Of a stretch of DNA of 64,000 bases, positions 11,669 to 27,232 are shown in pieces; the stretch's first letter is position 1, and each line of letters starts with the position of its first letter. Under the pieces are notes generated by a model. The model was not told the DNA's origin, did no database searches, and saw only the letters and a list, made by a program, of their open reading frames with translations. The DNA lies in contig NC_043008.1 of the NCBI RefSeq assembly GCF_006345805.1, positions 19,902,001 to 19,966,000 of the forward strand, in the 5' to 3' direction. The stretch is from Octopus sinensis. Its lineage: Eukaryota. The position numbers were made by a program, and so were the translations under genes.

Positions 11669-13456
11669 AACCAGTATCGAAGACTAGAATTTATTCAATA
11701 TTCCTGAAGAATGTAACTAACACATTTTAACGAAACAAGGTTGGAACATCGTACGTCTCATTGTACGGTTCGTCTAACGTCGGTGGGAACAAGGTTTTCT
11801 TACAACTAATTAACAACGGAACTGGAAAAAATATAGGCATTTCTCTTATATACAAACTTCAAATACCGTGAGCTATTTCAAAGTATAACAAGATTTGGCA
11901 TGAACAAGCTTCTACATCAACCAGATTTCAATAAGTTTCGTAGTAAAAAGGAAAGATTCATATTGTCAGAATTCACTATGATTAAAAATAGAAAAAATGA
12001 TTAAGTACTGAATCCTTGCTATGAAACATTAGCTCCACCTGGAATATTCGCAAATACATATCGTTTGGACGTTTATCTGAATCCCCCGCCGTTATTCTGT
12101 TCTCGTGTTTCTTCAGGGACAATTGTACCAATTTTTTATAATTCTTATTTTTCCCTCCCGCGTGGATTTCTATTTATTTTCCATTTGTTGCTTTGATATA
12201 TCTTTTGTAAAAAAAAATAAAAATAAAAAAATAAAAATTTTACCTTGCTGTTTCAACTTCAAAACATAAAATTATTGAACGCCCCTTTATTTCCACTTGT
12301 CCCCGACTCCATTGTTTACTGGCAGAATTTTTTCATAAATTTTTATTGTTTATGCTTATGTTCTTCCCTTTATTTTTGGATAACATATTTCTGGAACAGT
12401 TTTACTTCTTATTAAGTTGAACTACAAATTGTTACAGTGTTCTATATTTGTTTTTATAATTCATATATTTTTTTTATATTTTGATATGAGGTCAACTTAG
12501 GTTTGCTGGCACTTTAACCCGCCATAGATATTTTCTATATTTTTCCGTATTTATAGTCCTTCGCACACGTGCATACCTATAAGAATACATATACACACAT
12601 TCATACATACTTATACACACATACAAACATACACATATGTATCTATGCCTGTAGGGCACTGGAAAACGGAGAATCGATATAGCGGTCGACTGATTACAAG
12701 TATGAAAATAATTCCGTGATGGTAGTGTAAGATAATCATATCTATTTTTCATTAAATACTTTATTGAGAATACTTACTTCATTAGATACTCGTTTTTAAT
12801 AGAGAAACAATACAGTGCAGGCCAAACTTTATTGCCCCTCAGGGATATGCGAAATAGCTATAGCCATCACGCGGATCGTTAGCTCTTTCTGATTATGGAA
12901 CGCACGCTTATATATATTACGTTGCTAAATTTGAAGTCTCAAGAGTGACATATAAATGACCATGTTCAATTAACTACTATTTGTCTTATAATGAAGTATT
13001 TTGGACAATACGTTTGATAGATACATCTACGATCTCATTAATTTACCTGTCTGCTCTGAAATAATTGTTTTACAATTGAAAGACGTGCTCCGTTATTACT
13101 ATGTCCATTACAGAGCTAACAAGAAGATCCAGCTAAGTTTTCTGCTAATGAAAATGTGCGTGACTTAAGTATTTTGATACAGCATGAGCCGAACAACATT
13201 TTCGCTGTACTTTATTAACCTGTGCTTGAAGTGATTTCCCAGTTTGCAATCGATTTCAAATTAAAGAAATGCAGACATAAATGAGTATATTCGATGTAAG
13301 TTAAAATAAATATGTCTTGTAGACATATTTTCATATTTTCCTTCATTTTGTTACTGGCTTTCGTCGTCGGACTCTGGTCATGTTTGGGCACGCGTTGAAA
13401 GGTTTAGTCGAACGAACCAATCCCACTATTTATATTTGTGTTTTTTTTTCTCTTGA

Positions 13457-13622
13457 AGCCTAAGAGTGGCTGTGTGGTAAGTAGCTTGCTTCCCAATCAC
13501 ATGGTTCCGGGTTCAGTCCCACTGCCTGGCACCTTGGGCAAGTGTCTTCTACTACAGCCTCGGGCCGACCAAAGCCTTGTGAGTTGATTTGGTAGACGGA
13601 AACTGAAAGAAGCCCGTCATAC

Positions 13623-13679
<57 letters not shown>

Positions 13680-13929
13680 CGTGTGTGTGTATGTGTGCGT
13701 GTGGGTGTTAGTATATGTTTGTCTGTTTGTCCCCCCCCCCACCAACATCGCTTGACAACAGATGATGGCGTGATTACGTACCCGTAACTTAGCGGTTCGG
13801 CCAAGAGACCGGTAGAATAAGCACTTGGCTTACAAACAATAAGTCCTTCGGTCGATTTGCTCGACTAAAAGGTGGTGCTCTAGCATGGCCACAGTCAAAT
13901 GACTGAAACCAGTAAAAGAGTAAAAGAGT
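13457..13929 (+). mobile_element. SINE-B full length; an opposite-strand SINE-B tail fragment lies at ~13345-13435
   Basis: Same head/body/tail as 4902-5424. Confidence 0.92.
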
Positions 13930-14126
13930 AAGCCTGCTAGTTAACACATCACTTTCCTTTCACAAACTGCTAAATTATAGGGACTTAAACAAACCGGTAC
14001 CAGTTGTCCAATATGTAGCAGGAACAAACATAAACAAAATGACTCACATACATACACACAGATATTCACACATATACACACACACACAAACACAGGCACA
14101 CACACATACACACACTCACACATATA

Positions 14127-14345
14127 CGAAGTGGGTGGAGTAAAGTTCCTGGCTTTAATGGTATCGGGAAAGATCTGGTTGAAGGTTCTACCTTCCGAAA
14201 TATTTTACAGAGCTTAGAAAAACGCAACAGCTTCTACTAAAAAGGTGTGAATCTGAGAGGGGATATTTTGAATAAAATCATAATTAATTGATCCTCCTGT
14301 ATTTTCTTTTATCCAAAGGCAGGACATTTTCAGCATCCCTTCACG
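14127..14345. mobile_element. Mariner-derived MITE
   Basis: TA on both sides; imperfect TIRs (cgaagtgggtggagtaaagttcctggctt / rc cgtgaagggatgctgaaaatgtcctgcctt); internal remnant resembling the mariner C-terminus (K.VNLRGD / GYFE*). Confidence 0.65.
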
Positions 14346-14744
14346 TATTCTTTTCTTTTATTGCATTGCTTATTTCAGTCATTACACTGAGGCCGAGTTG
14401 GGGCACGGCCTTGAATAATCTTAGACAAACCCAGATGAATACACACAAACTTTCCTCCTTCAAATTCACCCTGGAGGCCTTCATTAGCCCGAGGCTGCAG
14501 CAGCAAACATTCAGCCAAATTATCACGACTCTTTCTTTCTACACTATTCACACATTGGTCAGCCCGGGACTATAGTAGCAGACACTTGCACAAAGTGTCA
14601 TTCATTGAGATTGAATACGAAAACACGTAGTTGCAAAGCGAGTTTCTTAACCCGCACAATCATATTTGTGCCCATTATAGTAAAATAATAGTGAAAAAGA
14701 AGCTATACATTTTTATTATAAATATGCTCCCGTACACGTAAGTC

Positions 14745-14935
14745 TGCGAATTGGCGGGATCATTAGCGTGCCGGGTAAAGTTCTTACCAGCATTTCGTCC
14801 ATTTTTACGTTCTGGGATCAAATTCCGCCGTGGTAGACTTAGCCTTTTATCCATTTCGGAGTCGATGAAATAAGTACCAATTGCGCACTGGGGTCGATGT
14901 TATCGACTTACTTTTCTTTAAAATGTCAGGCCTTC
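14745..14935 (+). mobile_element. SINE-A degenerate copy (another at ~15118-15300)
   Basis: tcaaattccgccg.ggt.gact..gccttt.atcc..tcgg.gtcgat.aaataagtacca. Confidence 0.75.
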
Positions 14936-15377
14936 TGCCGACAATCAAATGTTATATATATATATTTTGTTCAAGCTTTACTTCTGATTTATGAATTAGG
15001 ATGCTATAATCTGCAAGCATTGCTGGGACTATGTCTTCCAATGTTACATATTTACATTACAGTTATGGAAATTTTACGGTGAAATATATAAAATGTAATT
15101 AATATATTTGAGCAGATTAAAGGCGGTGAGCTGACAGAATCGTTAACACGGCGGGCAAAATTCTTAGCGGCAATTCGTTTGTCTTTATGTTCTAGGTTAA
15201 AATTTCGCCATGGAATTCCGTCGGGGTTGATATAACAAGTACCATTTGAGTACTGGGCTCGATGCAATCGATTTATTACCGTCGCGTTGTTGCTGGCTTG
15301 TGCAAAGGTTTTATACCATATGATAAAAGTCTCCTTCAATGCTGTCTGTTTTCTGTTTCAATATATGCACATTCGTC

Positions 15378-15950
15378 AAAGCGGAGAGCTGGCGGAAACG
15401 TTAGCACGCCGGGCGAAATGCTTAGCGGAATTTCCACTGCCGTTACGTTCTGAGTTCGACTTCCGCCGAGGTCGACTTTGCCTTTCATCCCTTCGGGGTA
15501 GATTAAATAAGTACCAGTTACGCACTGGGGTCGATACAATCGACTTAATTCGTTTGTCTGCCCTTGTTTGTCCTCTCTGTGTTTAGCCCCTTGTGAGTAG
15601 TAAAGAAATAGGTATTTCGTCTGCCTTTACATTCTGAATTCAAATTCCGCCGAGGTCTACTTTGCCTTTCATCCTTTCGGGATCGATAAATTAAGTACCA
15701 GTTACGCAATGGGGTCGATGTAATCGACTTAATCCGTTTGTCTGTCCGTGTTTGTACCCTCTGTGTTTAGCCCCTTGTGGGTAGTAAAGAAATAGGTATT
15801 TCGTCTGTCTTTATTTTCTGAGTTGAAATTCCTTTACCTTTCATACTTACGGGGTCTAGAAATTAAGTCGTACCTGCCTAATGGGGCCGGTCTAATTGAC
15901 TGGCTCCTCTCCCAAAGTTTCAGGCCTTGTGCCTAGAGGAGAAAAGAATA
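15378..15950 (+). mobile_element. Tandem trimer of SINE-A (junctions 15610/11 and 15794/95)
   Basis: One full copy, then two copies starting at ggtatttcgtctg directly after the gtaaagaaata tail; the last copy has the alternative tail ggccttgtgcctaga..agaaaagaat. Confidence 0.93.
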
Positions 15951-16239
15951 TAGGCACATGCATCATAATATTGGCAGAAAACGATTACAAGGCAAACGAG
16001 CAGAAAAATTGAAAAAGAAGAGAGTATTAAAAATTTAAGGCAACGAAACGTAACTGTTTACAAATAAATAACTGATGATTATCGGAATAATCCTTTTCCT
16101 CGTTTATCTAATATATTTTGCTGTCAATTCGGCTGTGATTGATTTAAGTATATAATCATTATTCCATCTATTATGAGAAGTTCATAGCTTCTGAATAGTT
16201 TATGACGCCTCATGTAAAAAAAAAGAGCATATAACGCGC

Positions 16240-16277
<38 letters not shown>

Positions 16278-16688
16278 ATATATGCATGTATGTATATGTG
16301 TTTATGTGTGTAGCGTTCACCACTTCACCTCGTTGTGGCTTAACAGCCCTCACCGTTTGTGTTTACTGTTTTGTTGTTACAGTCCAGTTTTTGTTACTAC
16401 TTTGACCCTCCGCAAAAATAACTCATGAAAAAATAATTTGCGAAGACACCATTGACTCTATTATTATCTTGTGTAACAATCTAAAACTGATAATGAAAAA
16501 GTCAATAACGATTACAGGCCCAACGAAAAATTAAATAGCTGAAGGATTAAAATTAATCAATTAATCATACATAATATGTATCTCTATCTCCTAGAAATAA
16601 CAGAAAAATCTATATTTAAGTAAGAGTTTTGACTGTTATTTCCAGCAGATAGATATACTTGATTAATTTTAATCCTTCAGCTATATAC

Positions 16689-16844
16689 TGGTGTCCAATA
16701 CAGGGCAGTGCTATTGATGTTTGTATCTTCAGGAAGACTTCTCTTAACGACACACATTCTGTGTCCGATTAGTAATTGCAAGGGGAAGTCATTGCTTCCA
16801 TCTCTAGCCTTACGTGATACAATTACGTGATACCCTTCTTCAGA
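16689..16844 (-). CDS. Candidate internal exon (156 nt, phase 0-0)
   Basis: acag|TCT...CCA|GTATAT; open frame SEEGYHVIVSRKARDGSNDFPLQLLIGHRMCVVKRSLPEDTNINSTALYWTP with purine-first codon bias; in-frame stop just upstream. Splice sites only moderate. Confidence 0.35.
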
Positions 16845-17015
16845 CTGTGATAATCACCAGCTAGTGATAGACGTTCATTCCACTCGCAAATTACAATATG
16901 CTTTTGTAGCGACTCAGTGTCGCTGATCTCGTAAAAGAGTGAGATATATATTTAATATCTGTGCAAGATATAAACAGTAGCGGTATATATACGTACATAT
17001 ATATGTCTGCATGTT

Positions 17016-17627
17016 AAGGCAACGAGCTGGCAGAAACGTTAGCACGCCGGGCGAAATGATTAGCGGTATTTCGTCTGCTGCTACGGTCTGAGTACAAATT
17101 TCGCCGAGGTCGACTTTGCCTTTTATCCTTTCGGGGTCGATTAAATAAGTACCAGTTACGCACTGGAGTCGATATAATGACTTAATCCATTTGTCTGTCC
17201 TTGTATGTCCCCTCCGTGTGTAGCCCCTTGTGGGTAATAAATAAATAGGCATTTCGTCTGCTACTACGGTCTGAGTACAAATTTCGCTGAGGTCGACTTT
17301 GCCTTTCATCCTTTCGGGGTCGATTAAATAAGTACCAGTTATGCACTGGAGTCGATATAATCGACTTAATCCATTTGTCTGTCCTTGTGTGTCCCCTCAA
17401 TGTGTAGCCACTTGTGGGCAGTAACAAATAAGAAACGTTCGTACACCGGGCTAAATGCTTAGCGTATTTCTTCTGTCTTTACATTCTAAGTTCAAATACC
17501 GCTGGGGTCGACTTTGCCTTTCGTCCTCTCGCGGTCGATAAATTAAGTACCAGTTGCGTGCTGGGGCCGATCTAATCGACTGGCCCCATCTCCGAAAATT
17601 TCGGGCCTTGTGCGTAGAGTAAAAAAG
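17016..17627 (+). mobile_element. Tandem trimer of SINE-A (junctions ~17247/48 and ~17431/32)
   Basis: First two units share diagnostic variants (tacggtctgagtacaaatttcgc, ctggagtcgatataat); the third has the alternative tail. Confidence 0.93.
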
Positions 17628-17877
17628 TATATATATATGCGTGTATATATGTTTGTATTAGGTTTGTATTTCAGTGACTTTCCTGTATCTATCTTCTACA
17701 TGTTTTTTTTTTTTTTATTTTTCTCTCATCTGTTTGCTTCCAGTCATTGACCGGGAGTAATACTGTAGGACACGAACTTCCATAGCATTTTATTGATTAT
17801 TTAATTTATGTTCCTTCGGAAATGGAGTAGAAATTTTATTTCCCGACATTTTAAAACAACTTAGGCATGTTTTTGAT

Positions 17878-18345
<468 letters not shown>

Positions 18346-18825
18346 ATAATGTTTTCCGGTGAGAAATCTCTATATAATCTACCGATAAATCAGCATTTAA
18401 ATGTTTAACAACCCACCATAAATTATAATATTTACATATAAATCTGACATTTTGTTTACGAGAGCCCAACTGCAGGAGTTACTGCAGTTAAGTAAATGAA
18501 AATAAGCAGAGAAAGATATATATCACTGGGCATGCTAATTTGAAATAAAACAAATAAAAATGATAACTACTAATGTTGATATCTATTTAAATATTGAAGT
18601 TTAACTTGCATAAAATATATCGGTTTGATTTCGTACATAAAAAGAGTTAATTGTATATTTTCGCCTGGTAGAAATAGGAAAGTAATACAATATTAATACT
18701 ACTTACTCTAGAATGTTGCAGTATAGAAATATACACAACTCAATTACAATATCTTCTGAAACATTTACGAATAGTTGATAGAAAATAAAGCCAGGTAATG
18801 CTGATTATAATGATAATATTTCCAG

Positions 18826-18901
18826 AAGGTGTTATTACGTAAACAGATTCTGCGGTATGAAGATGCTATAACTACAAAGAAGGAAGAAACCTTAAAGACA
18901 G
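18826..18901 (+). CDS. Candidate internal coding exon (76 nt, phase 0-1), helical/coiled-coil-like peptide
   Basis: ttccag|AAG...ACAG|GTGAGT (full consensus donor); KVLLRKQILRYEDAITTKKEETLKT; in-frame stop immediately upstream of the acceptor. Confidence 0.6.
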
Positions 18902-19548
18902 GTGAGTGCTAATAATTGAAATATTTCGCTAAAATTGTAAATTAAAACGTTATAAGTATTAGTGGAAAATTAGGCCGGTGAAGTCACCTATTAAATACAC
19001 GTATAATACTCATAACACGTGAGAGTATGTAAATAGATCTTAATATCAGATATTTAATAGAAACGTTCACACACAACAAAATAAATCTAACATCTAATCT
19101 AATTTGGGTACATCAGGAAATGCAAAGGTGGCAAAGAACTTTTGCATTGCAGGGAGAAATATAAGTAGGCAACTAGTAATGTCGCCATTGATGTGTAATA
19201 AATGTGGCAATTCTATTCTCAGAGTGTCAACACAATTTTCAAGAGAAAATGTTATTAAGTTTTGCAATACTAAAATCATGAAGTAAAATAACAGTAAGAA
19301 CAAGTATAATGATGCCACTGAACTGAAAGATAATAAATATTCATAAAAACATAGTTTTTCTTTGCTGATATTGCTGTAAACTGAGTTTGGCAGAAAACAT
19401 TTTTTGTATAAAAGGTAAACTTGAAATTTAAACAGTTACAGCGTTCTTGTTTTAAAATTTATGAACATTTTGGCTCTTAAATCACGTCTTCATCATTCTT
19501 TATTTTTTGGCTCTTAAACCATGTCTTCCATCTTCGTTATTTAAAATG

Positions 19549-19980
19549 AATCTTTTCTATTGGAGGTACAAGTCTTCAAATTCGTGGGGACAGCACTAGT
19601 CGATTACCTCTACTCCAGTGTTTTACTGGTACTAAATATTTTATTGGACCCCGAAAGGATGTAAGGCGAAGTCGATCTCGGCGGAATTTGAACTCAGAAC
19701 GCAGGGATGAGCGAAATACCGGTATTTCGTCCAGCGTGCTAATTCGTATTTTTTTATTGCCCACATGGGGCCAATCATAGGCGAGACAAACAAGGGCAGT
19801 CAAAGGGATTGAATCAATTACATCGACTCCAGTGTGTAATTGGTACTTAATTTATCGACCCCGAAAGGATGAAAGGCAAAGTCGACCTCGGCAGAATTTG
19901 AACTCAAAACGTAACGGCTGACGAAATATCGCTAAGCATTTCGCCCGGCGCGCTAACGTTTCTGCCAGCTCGCCTCCTTC
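19549..19980 (-). mobile_element. Tandem dimer of SINE-A
   Basis: Reverse complement: full copy, then a second unit starting near gaattagcacg. Confidence 0.9.
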
Positions 19981-20273
19981 CTTAGTTCTCATAATTGATA
20001 CAAATAGAATACTATATGGGTACCACGGTGAAAAAATTGGCAGGATACCTTAAATTCTACAGATTAACGTTAGTGGGTACCATAAATATTCTTAAGTTAT
20101 CCTTAGACATTCTTACATCTTGAATTAGATTTACACGCTTCGATCCAAAATGTTCGAGGAAAGTAAATTCTTCGGTAGTCATTCTCAAACTATGATTAAA
20201 CATATTACATAAAAATCATATAGACAGAAATGAACATTCCAGTATTAATCGAAAATCCCATAAGCTGTGTGAT

Positions 20274-20325
20274 GGTACTGTTCCACACAACGGTACTGTT
20301 CAACAACGGTACAGTTCCACACAAT
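20274..20325 (+). repeat. Three-unit 16-18 bp minisatellite (ggtactgttccacacaac)
   Basis: Units at 20274, 20292 and 20308. Confidence 0.85.
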
Positions 20326-23300
20326 GAAAATAATCTCATTTTCTAGAATATTGTGATTACAGATCAAGATATTGTTATAAATATCAGGGAAATTTAAGAT
20401 ATCTACGTCTTGTAGTTTACGAAAGACAGGTTATAAAATAATTGAAAATCTTACATGCCTAGGGAATGCGTAATCGAGTTAGCAATGTTCCCAATGCATG
20501 TTATTTTAAGATATATTTCAAATCAGATGGTAGCTTGTTGTGTAGTCCCAGCTCAGCCGTCATAGCGATCGGGATATAAAAGGAAGCTTGCACTTATTTA
20601 AGTGTAATGTAGTGATTTGGATATAGTGGTGCTGTTGATAGTATCGCAGTTTTTTGTTAGGTGTTTATGTTTGCCTTAACGATAAAAAGATATAATGGAG
20701 CGGTTTAGGAGTATGTTTCTTTAGAGTTTGATTGTAGATTTTGAGGTAGCGACTCATAAAGTGAAAGCAAGTTGTGGATTCATAGGTCTCCTCGCGTGGA
20801 CTGATGAAATGCCTATTTCCCTGCTTTTTGTTTTGCTGCGAAACAAGTCACTGACAAACATTGTAAGCGAAATCTGTTGATTTGTTTAGGGTCCACACAC
20901 TTTACAAGAACTAGTGTTTTCAACGAAGGCTCTAAATACGTGTGTTGAAATGTGCGCTGTTGTTTTCGTTAGTAATCCAAATATGATTCATGTCAGTATA
21001 TGTTCTTTGCATGATTCTGCGCCTCTTTCTCTGTAGAGTGTTATTCCGGGACTGGAGATACCTGCCCCAACGCACGTGCACACGCACACTCACACACAAG
21101 CACAGACACACACATACACGCACCTGCACAGACATACGCACCCATATACACGCACATGCACGCAGCACACAAACTAGCCTCACATAAATACATATACAGC
21201 AAAATTTAAATAAATTAACTTGTGTCTGTTATACAGATCACTAAATCATACTATACAACAATGAATGATCCACACTCAAATATACACTTGATATGATGCT
21301 TATGTGTTATTAGTTTGACCCTTAATTGAGGTTAGAGATAGTTAACTGCAACGGGATTTGAACTCAGTCCATAACTTCAATTTAGTAAGTTTCATTCAAT
21401 TTATTGTAGCTAAGCAACTACTATAAAATTAATTAAAAATATAATAATTAACTGAAACCTCGGACGACTTGACAAACATTTAAAACCTAACTAATGCTGT
21501 TGAACAAAGCAGAAATAAATAAAGTAAAATTATACTAATAAACTGGGAAAAATATTTATATGATAAAATTCTAAAAGGTGACGGCATTAAACAAATTGCA
21601 TTTAAAATAATATGCAAGCGCTCAAATATGCATTTAGGTATCTATTCGTATACTCATATGCATACACATAAGAACACACATTCATCAACTGATATAGGTA
21701 CACATACAACCCCCCGTATATATATATATATATATATGCAGACATATGTACATATATATATACTTCAGAAACAAGAGCATGTATCCACATATAGTCAGTA
21801 ATATACAGGCGTAAACGTATATAATTTCAAATATATATTGCTCGGTATAGTGCATGGTGTTAGACACCATGTAATATATATATCTATCACATACACATTC
21901 ATGCGTATTCGAATACAATATGAAGTGTGCGTTCTCAAGTAAAATACGTGGTATACGCTAATGGTGAGAAATCTAGACGAGTATTTGTTATCCTGTTTAC
22001 AATTCCAAACGTTATTTGATTAAATTCTATCACACTTTAAATTTTTAACTATATAAACAACTGTTATCTAATTGCTTTAATGGCATTAGTTTTATTATAC
22101 TGTTTTTTGTATTTTTGTCCATAATATCCCCCATTTCATTTCATGAATATATTTTAATAATTTTATACTAGATGTTTTATTAGTATTAATTTCAATTCAA
22201 ATACTCCGTCTAATTATCTCCTTCATCAATGTTAGATATTTTACCGTATTGCAGCATATTTAATTCATAATTATTTTGTGCTGGGCACTGGATACAAAAC
22301 TAAAATTCATACATGAAACAGTTATTATTTTCACAGAGTTTTTGCTTTTATTTAAAAAATTACCTGTCTCGTCTACGCTACCTCCGCCTCTGTCATTCCA
22401 TTGCTTTCACCTACATTTAGACTATCATCCTTTCTGCTACTACCCATATTTATACAAATATAACTTCGTATTCTTGAAAGTTATATCACTCTTGTTTTAT
22501 TCAAGTAGAGCATCATTCAAACCATCTCTCTCCACTTATGCAATATCAATATTTCACTCTCGTTCTTCTTCTATATATAGGCTTGTCTATTAGAACTTTC
22601 AAACTCTGCTGCGAAGAATGAAGCCAAAAAAAATTTCATCAATTAGATATCAATTTCTAAAATATGATTCAACTTGTTACTCTGTGATAAGGAACGAATA
22701 TTTTGAGAAATATTCAGAAATCATCCAAATTAACATTCAAATTAATAATTACTATATATTCTGCATGGCAATCTACGTCTTACCACCTCCAGTTTATAGA
22801 CACAACTAGTTTTAATACCAGTACTACTTTTGCCCTTCCAAACTAACACAGACACATATATATATTTAAACAGTGCAGCATTTCGAAATATAAATTTGAG
22901 AGTGTTAGAATTAAATGTGTACGCGATCAAGTGCCATCGCGTAACTGATATTCAACCAACACTTCCAACAATATACACCCGAAAGTGAACACATATTAAT
23001 CCTCAATATACACGTGTGTGTTACGAGCAATCCAGCAGAAACTGGAGCTTTCGATCAGGGCGTAAATTATAATTTCAATAATAATAAAGGAGTAATGATT
23101 AGTTATTAATTAATTAATTGATTAAATAATTAATTGATTTTTATCCTTTTATTATTATTGAAATTATATATATGTGTGTGTGTGTATGTTTGTGTGTGCG
23201 CCTCTGTCTGTGTGTACTTTAATTACCCGGTGTATAATATATCATTATCCATATGGATTTACAACGTCTCTTATTCGGAACACGAAAGAAGCATTCAGAT

Positions 23301-26204
23301 GAATCACTTAAAAAGTTACCATCCAAAATAAGGATGTAAACATGTTTCTAGCAAATGATTTACCAGTGTTCAAATAGAGGTAAACAAAATTTAGCTTATA
23401 ACAGATTCTTACAAAGGTTTCTGTGTCTTCGCAAAGAAATATACAGTCCCAAGAAGGGTAATGAACCAATGAAGAATAAAGTCAGCTCTCGCCTAACCAT
23501 CAAGATATATCCAGGATATTAGATAGTTTTGTTCAGCTTCCGCAGTCATATTATGACCCAATGGTTTGAGTGTTTGGTTAACATCATTCTTTACCGAGTC
23601 TAAAAAATTCGCGGTGTCGTTTTTGGAGGAAGTAAACATGGCATCATTCTACGGGCAAATGAATTTTCAGAATGTCTATGTATAACAAAAATACTAATAG
23701 AAATACGTTAAACGATTGTAGGTATCTGTGCTAATATGTTGTCAGTTAGTAACATCAAAAGAAAGACCTATGTCTGATCTCGTGACCCATTGATCCTTGA
23801 TATTTCTGTCTCGAGTCCTAGGATGCATAAGACGGATTCCTCAATCTCTATGGCGTAGATCTCAATATCTTACCTGAACAGGACGCCTGTCCGTCGCTGC
23901 GATATTCAGTTACACAAGAGTGGAGTGGAGCAATTACATGAAATGACGTGCTTTGCCCGACAACATCACAACGAACTACACCATATATTTCGTTATTTAT
24001 CGATAGTAGTATATCTTAAAACGGATAATTATTTGTAGATTTTTAAGAGCTATTCTTCTCTTAGTCATCTCTTTCAATTAATTATTTTATTTAAGTTCAT
24101 TAAACACATAGAATGGACATAATAGAAGTCAGCATGTTCTTTCTGTATTACGTGTGACAAGATCATTCATTAATTTACTTTCAACCAGGCAGATGAAATG
24201 TAGTGTTTTCTGCCCGGTTTGGAACTGTGAATATCAAAGAACATATGAATTAATGATATTATAGTCATGTAGGATATCTACATAGTCTGCATATTGAGTA
24301 CCCTTACGTATGTGTGTATACGAGCGTGCTCTTACGTTTTCATACATCGAAAATAACAATTCTATAGAACAAACCTATATCAGAGGTTTTGACTATAAAT
24401 AAAATTCAGAGCGGTCCTTACCCACAAAAAGTCGGTTTTACTCAAGTTGTCCCAATTTACAGTTAATAGACGCACTTATTCCTTACCTGGTAAAAGTGCG
24501 GTTTATTTCATATTTGAAGATAGAAATATTTATTAAACATACACTCTAGAATTTTTATAAATACTTTCATATGTTGATTCTATACTTTCTTTTATGTATC
24601 AAAGTAATTATATATTTATGTTTCTCGTTATTCTATAAAACAATATTATCTCAATGTCATACAATAAAAAGATGAGAATATATTTAAGAGCACCTATAGA
24701 TAGTACAACGAATGGTTTCCATTGGTTAAGAGGTTACACTGAAAATAACACCTGCATTTGAATTATTTCAACATCCAGTAAATGAGATCAACAAGAAAAC
24801 TAAAGTGCTTTTGAAGACATAATATACCATATTAAGATTTTATCCGGTAGCGCCTAGAATCCCTACATAGAATTTAATAACAATGGTATCTGAAAATTGT
24901 TCTCTGTTTAAGAAGAAATATAAGCTTCTGTTTAACATTTCTTTCTCAAATAATTTACACGCTAAACAATGTATGTTGCCATATTTTCTGTTAGATTAAC
25001 GTAACGGATTCTGTGTTTAGACAAGGGGTCCCTTTCTATGAATGTTTTTTTATTTTATCATTGTATCTGGATAACTTGAAATAAAGATGTTGAAATGTAG
25101 TGATAAGCAGAGGTTATATCGTGTTATACGATACTCTATTGATTTTGTTAATTCATCATGGCATATGCCGTAAGATTATCACATCTAATGGTACAATTTG
25201 GTGTTATAATACCAATAAACGAAAATTTTATATTCATAATTGATTAATAAACTTAACACCGAAAAGTTAGTGGCAGCCAAAGGCCTGTAAACTTATATTC
25301 AATTCATGAATATAATTTACACATTAAATTCCTGTCAGTTTGTTATTGCATGGCCGTTTTTTGTTGGCGATAAAACAAAATTAGTTAAGTAATGTTGGTC
25401 ACACAACCTGATATACTTTACTTTATAAACTTCTAGCCCTGTGTAGATGTAAGAAATAGATAGTAATTTAAATAATAAATAATACAAGAGCAAGTATTCC
25501 GTATTGCTTTGATGCCTGTAGAAAGCAATCCTCTAGGATGGATTCTCTTGAGAAAACATTGAAGAAATCGCAATTTCCTAATGCTTACAATCCTGTACAG
25601 AAAGACACGAATATTACAATCGTACATCTTCCTACTGTAGACATACAGGGCGTAGGTTTTACCAAAGAAATGTAATTACGTATATTTACTACACATGGGA
25701 AATAGATAGTATAGAAAGATTGACCGGGCATTGTGTTCAGAATCTGATTTTATCATTGGAGCCCTCACATGATTTGCAAAGCAAATAATATTTACAAGCT
25801 GCATAATTATCATTAATCCCTAATGCCATTTCTCTATCTAGGAAATGTTCGTATTTCCTTTTCACAAATCACAGGAAGTGAATGTTGTTTCCATAATTCT
25901 CTTATGACTACCTTGTTTTTATTTCCTAATTCTTGTAGTCGAGTACTATTAATAAAGGAGCATTATTGGGACTGCTGGCAGGGAAATGGGCATTATTAAC
26001 TACTAAAGAATACACTTGGTATACCGTTTGTGTTATTCACAGTGACTAGCGTGTTTCAATACTAGATGTGCCCGTTAACGGAATCAGTAGAGAGCCGGAC
26101 AAAATACTTTGCGATATTTCGGTGTTTTAATGTACGTTTTGAAAGAAAATTCTATCCTTAATTTCTCATGTGTCATTTCATTATTAATTTCATTCAAGGA
26201 GACG

Positions 26205-26410
26205 TGGTAGCAAAGACGTTAGCAGTCCGAGTAAAATGCTTAGCAGCATTTCGACCTTCTTTATATCCTGAGTTCAAATTCCACTGAGAACAACTTCGCC
26301 TGTTATCCTACCGGGGTGGACAAATGAGTACCAGTTGAATATCGGGGTGCGATGTAATCAACTTATCCCCTTCCCCGAACCTGCTGGCCTTCTGACAAAA
26401 TTTAAAACCA
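26205..26410 (+). mobile_element. SINE-A degenerate, alternative tail
   Basis: ctgagttcaaattccactgag...gagtaccagttga...gcgatgtaatc.actta. Confidence 0.75.
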
Positions 26411-26738
26411 ATATAGTAATCGCATTTAATATATAGACACCAAATTGTAAGATTTATATCCGATTTGTTTCCATTTTAATCTAGAGCAAATAATTCAATT
26501 TTAGATATTTTCACACGCTAACGAAGAGATAAGGCATTAACATCGTCATATTCAATCAATTTTATCATATAAAAAATATTTGCTTTTGTATATTAGCATT
26601 TCATATAACCATAGATATATTTTTTGCGATTTAGTCTTAATAAAGAGAAATTAATCAAATGTTGAACGAGATTATATTTTCTTACTTATCAATATTTCTG
26701 TGGTTATCTTCAGACGTGATGGTATTTTATATTTGCTC

Positions 26739-27232
<494 letters not shown>

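Noticed and set aside
11091-11687. 198-aa poly-Met ORF, the second longest in the track
   Set aside because: GAT repeat preceded by a few mariner-derived codons.
15378-17627. Repeat-spacer-like periodicity suggesting a CRISPR array
   Set aside because: Units are ~185-230 bp SINE bodies without unique spacers; eukaryotic context and no cas genes.
19094-19318. Overlapping 74-aa (-) and 60-aa (+) ORFs with possible acceptors
   Set aside because: No convincing donor on either strand and no recognisable motif; left uncalled.
20798-20865. CTGATGA...GCGAAACAAGTC hammerhead-like spacing
   Set aside because: Neither stem I nor stem II can be paired.
23405-25660. Plus-strand exon-like bits (DSYKGFCVFAKKYTVPRR near 23405; MDSLEKTLKKSQFPN near 25540)
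   Set aside because: Several frames equally open and splice signals weak; cannot be distinguished from chance.
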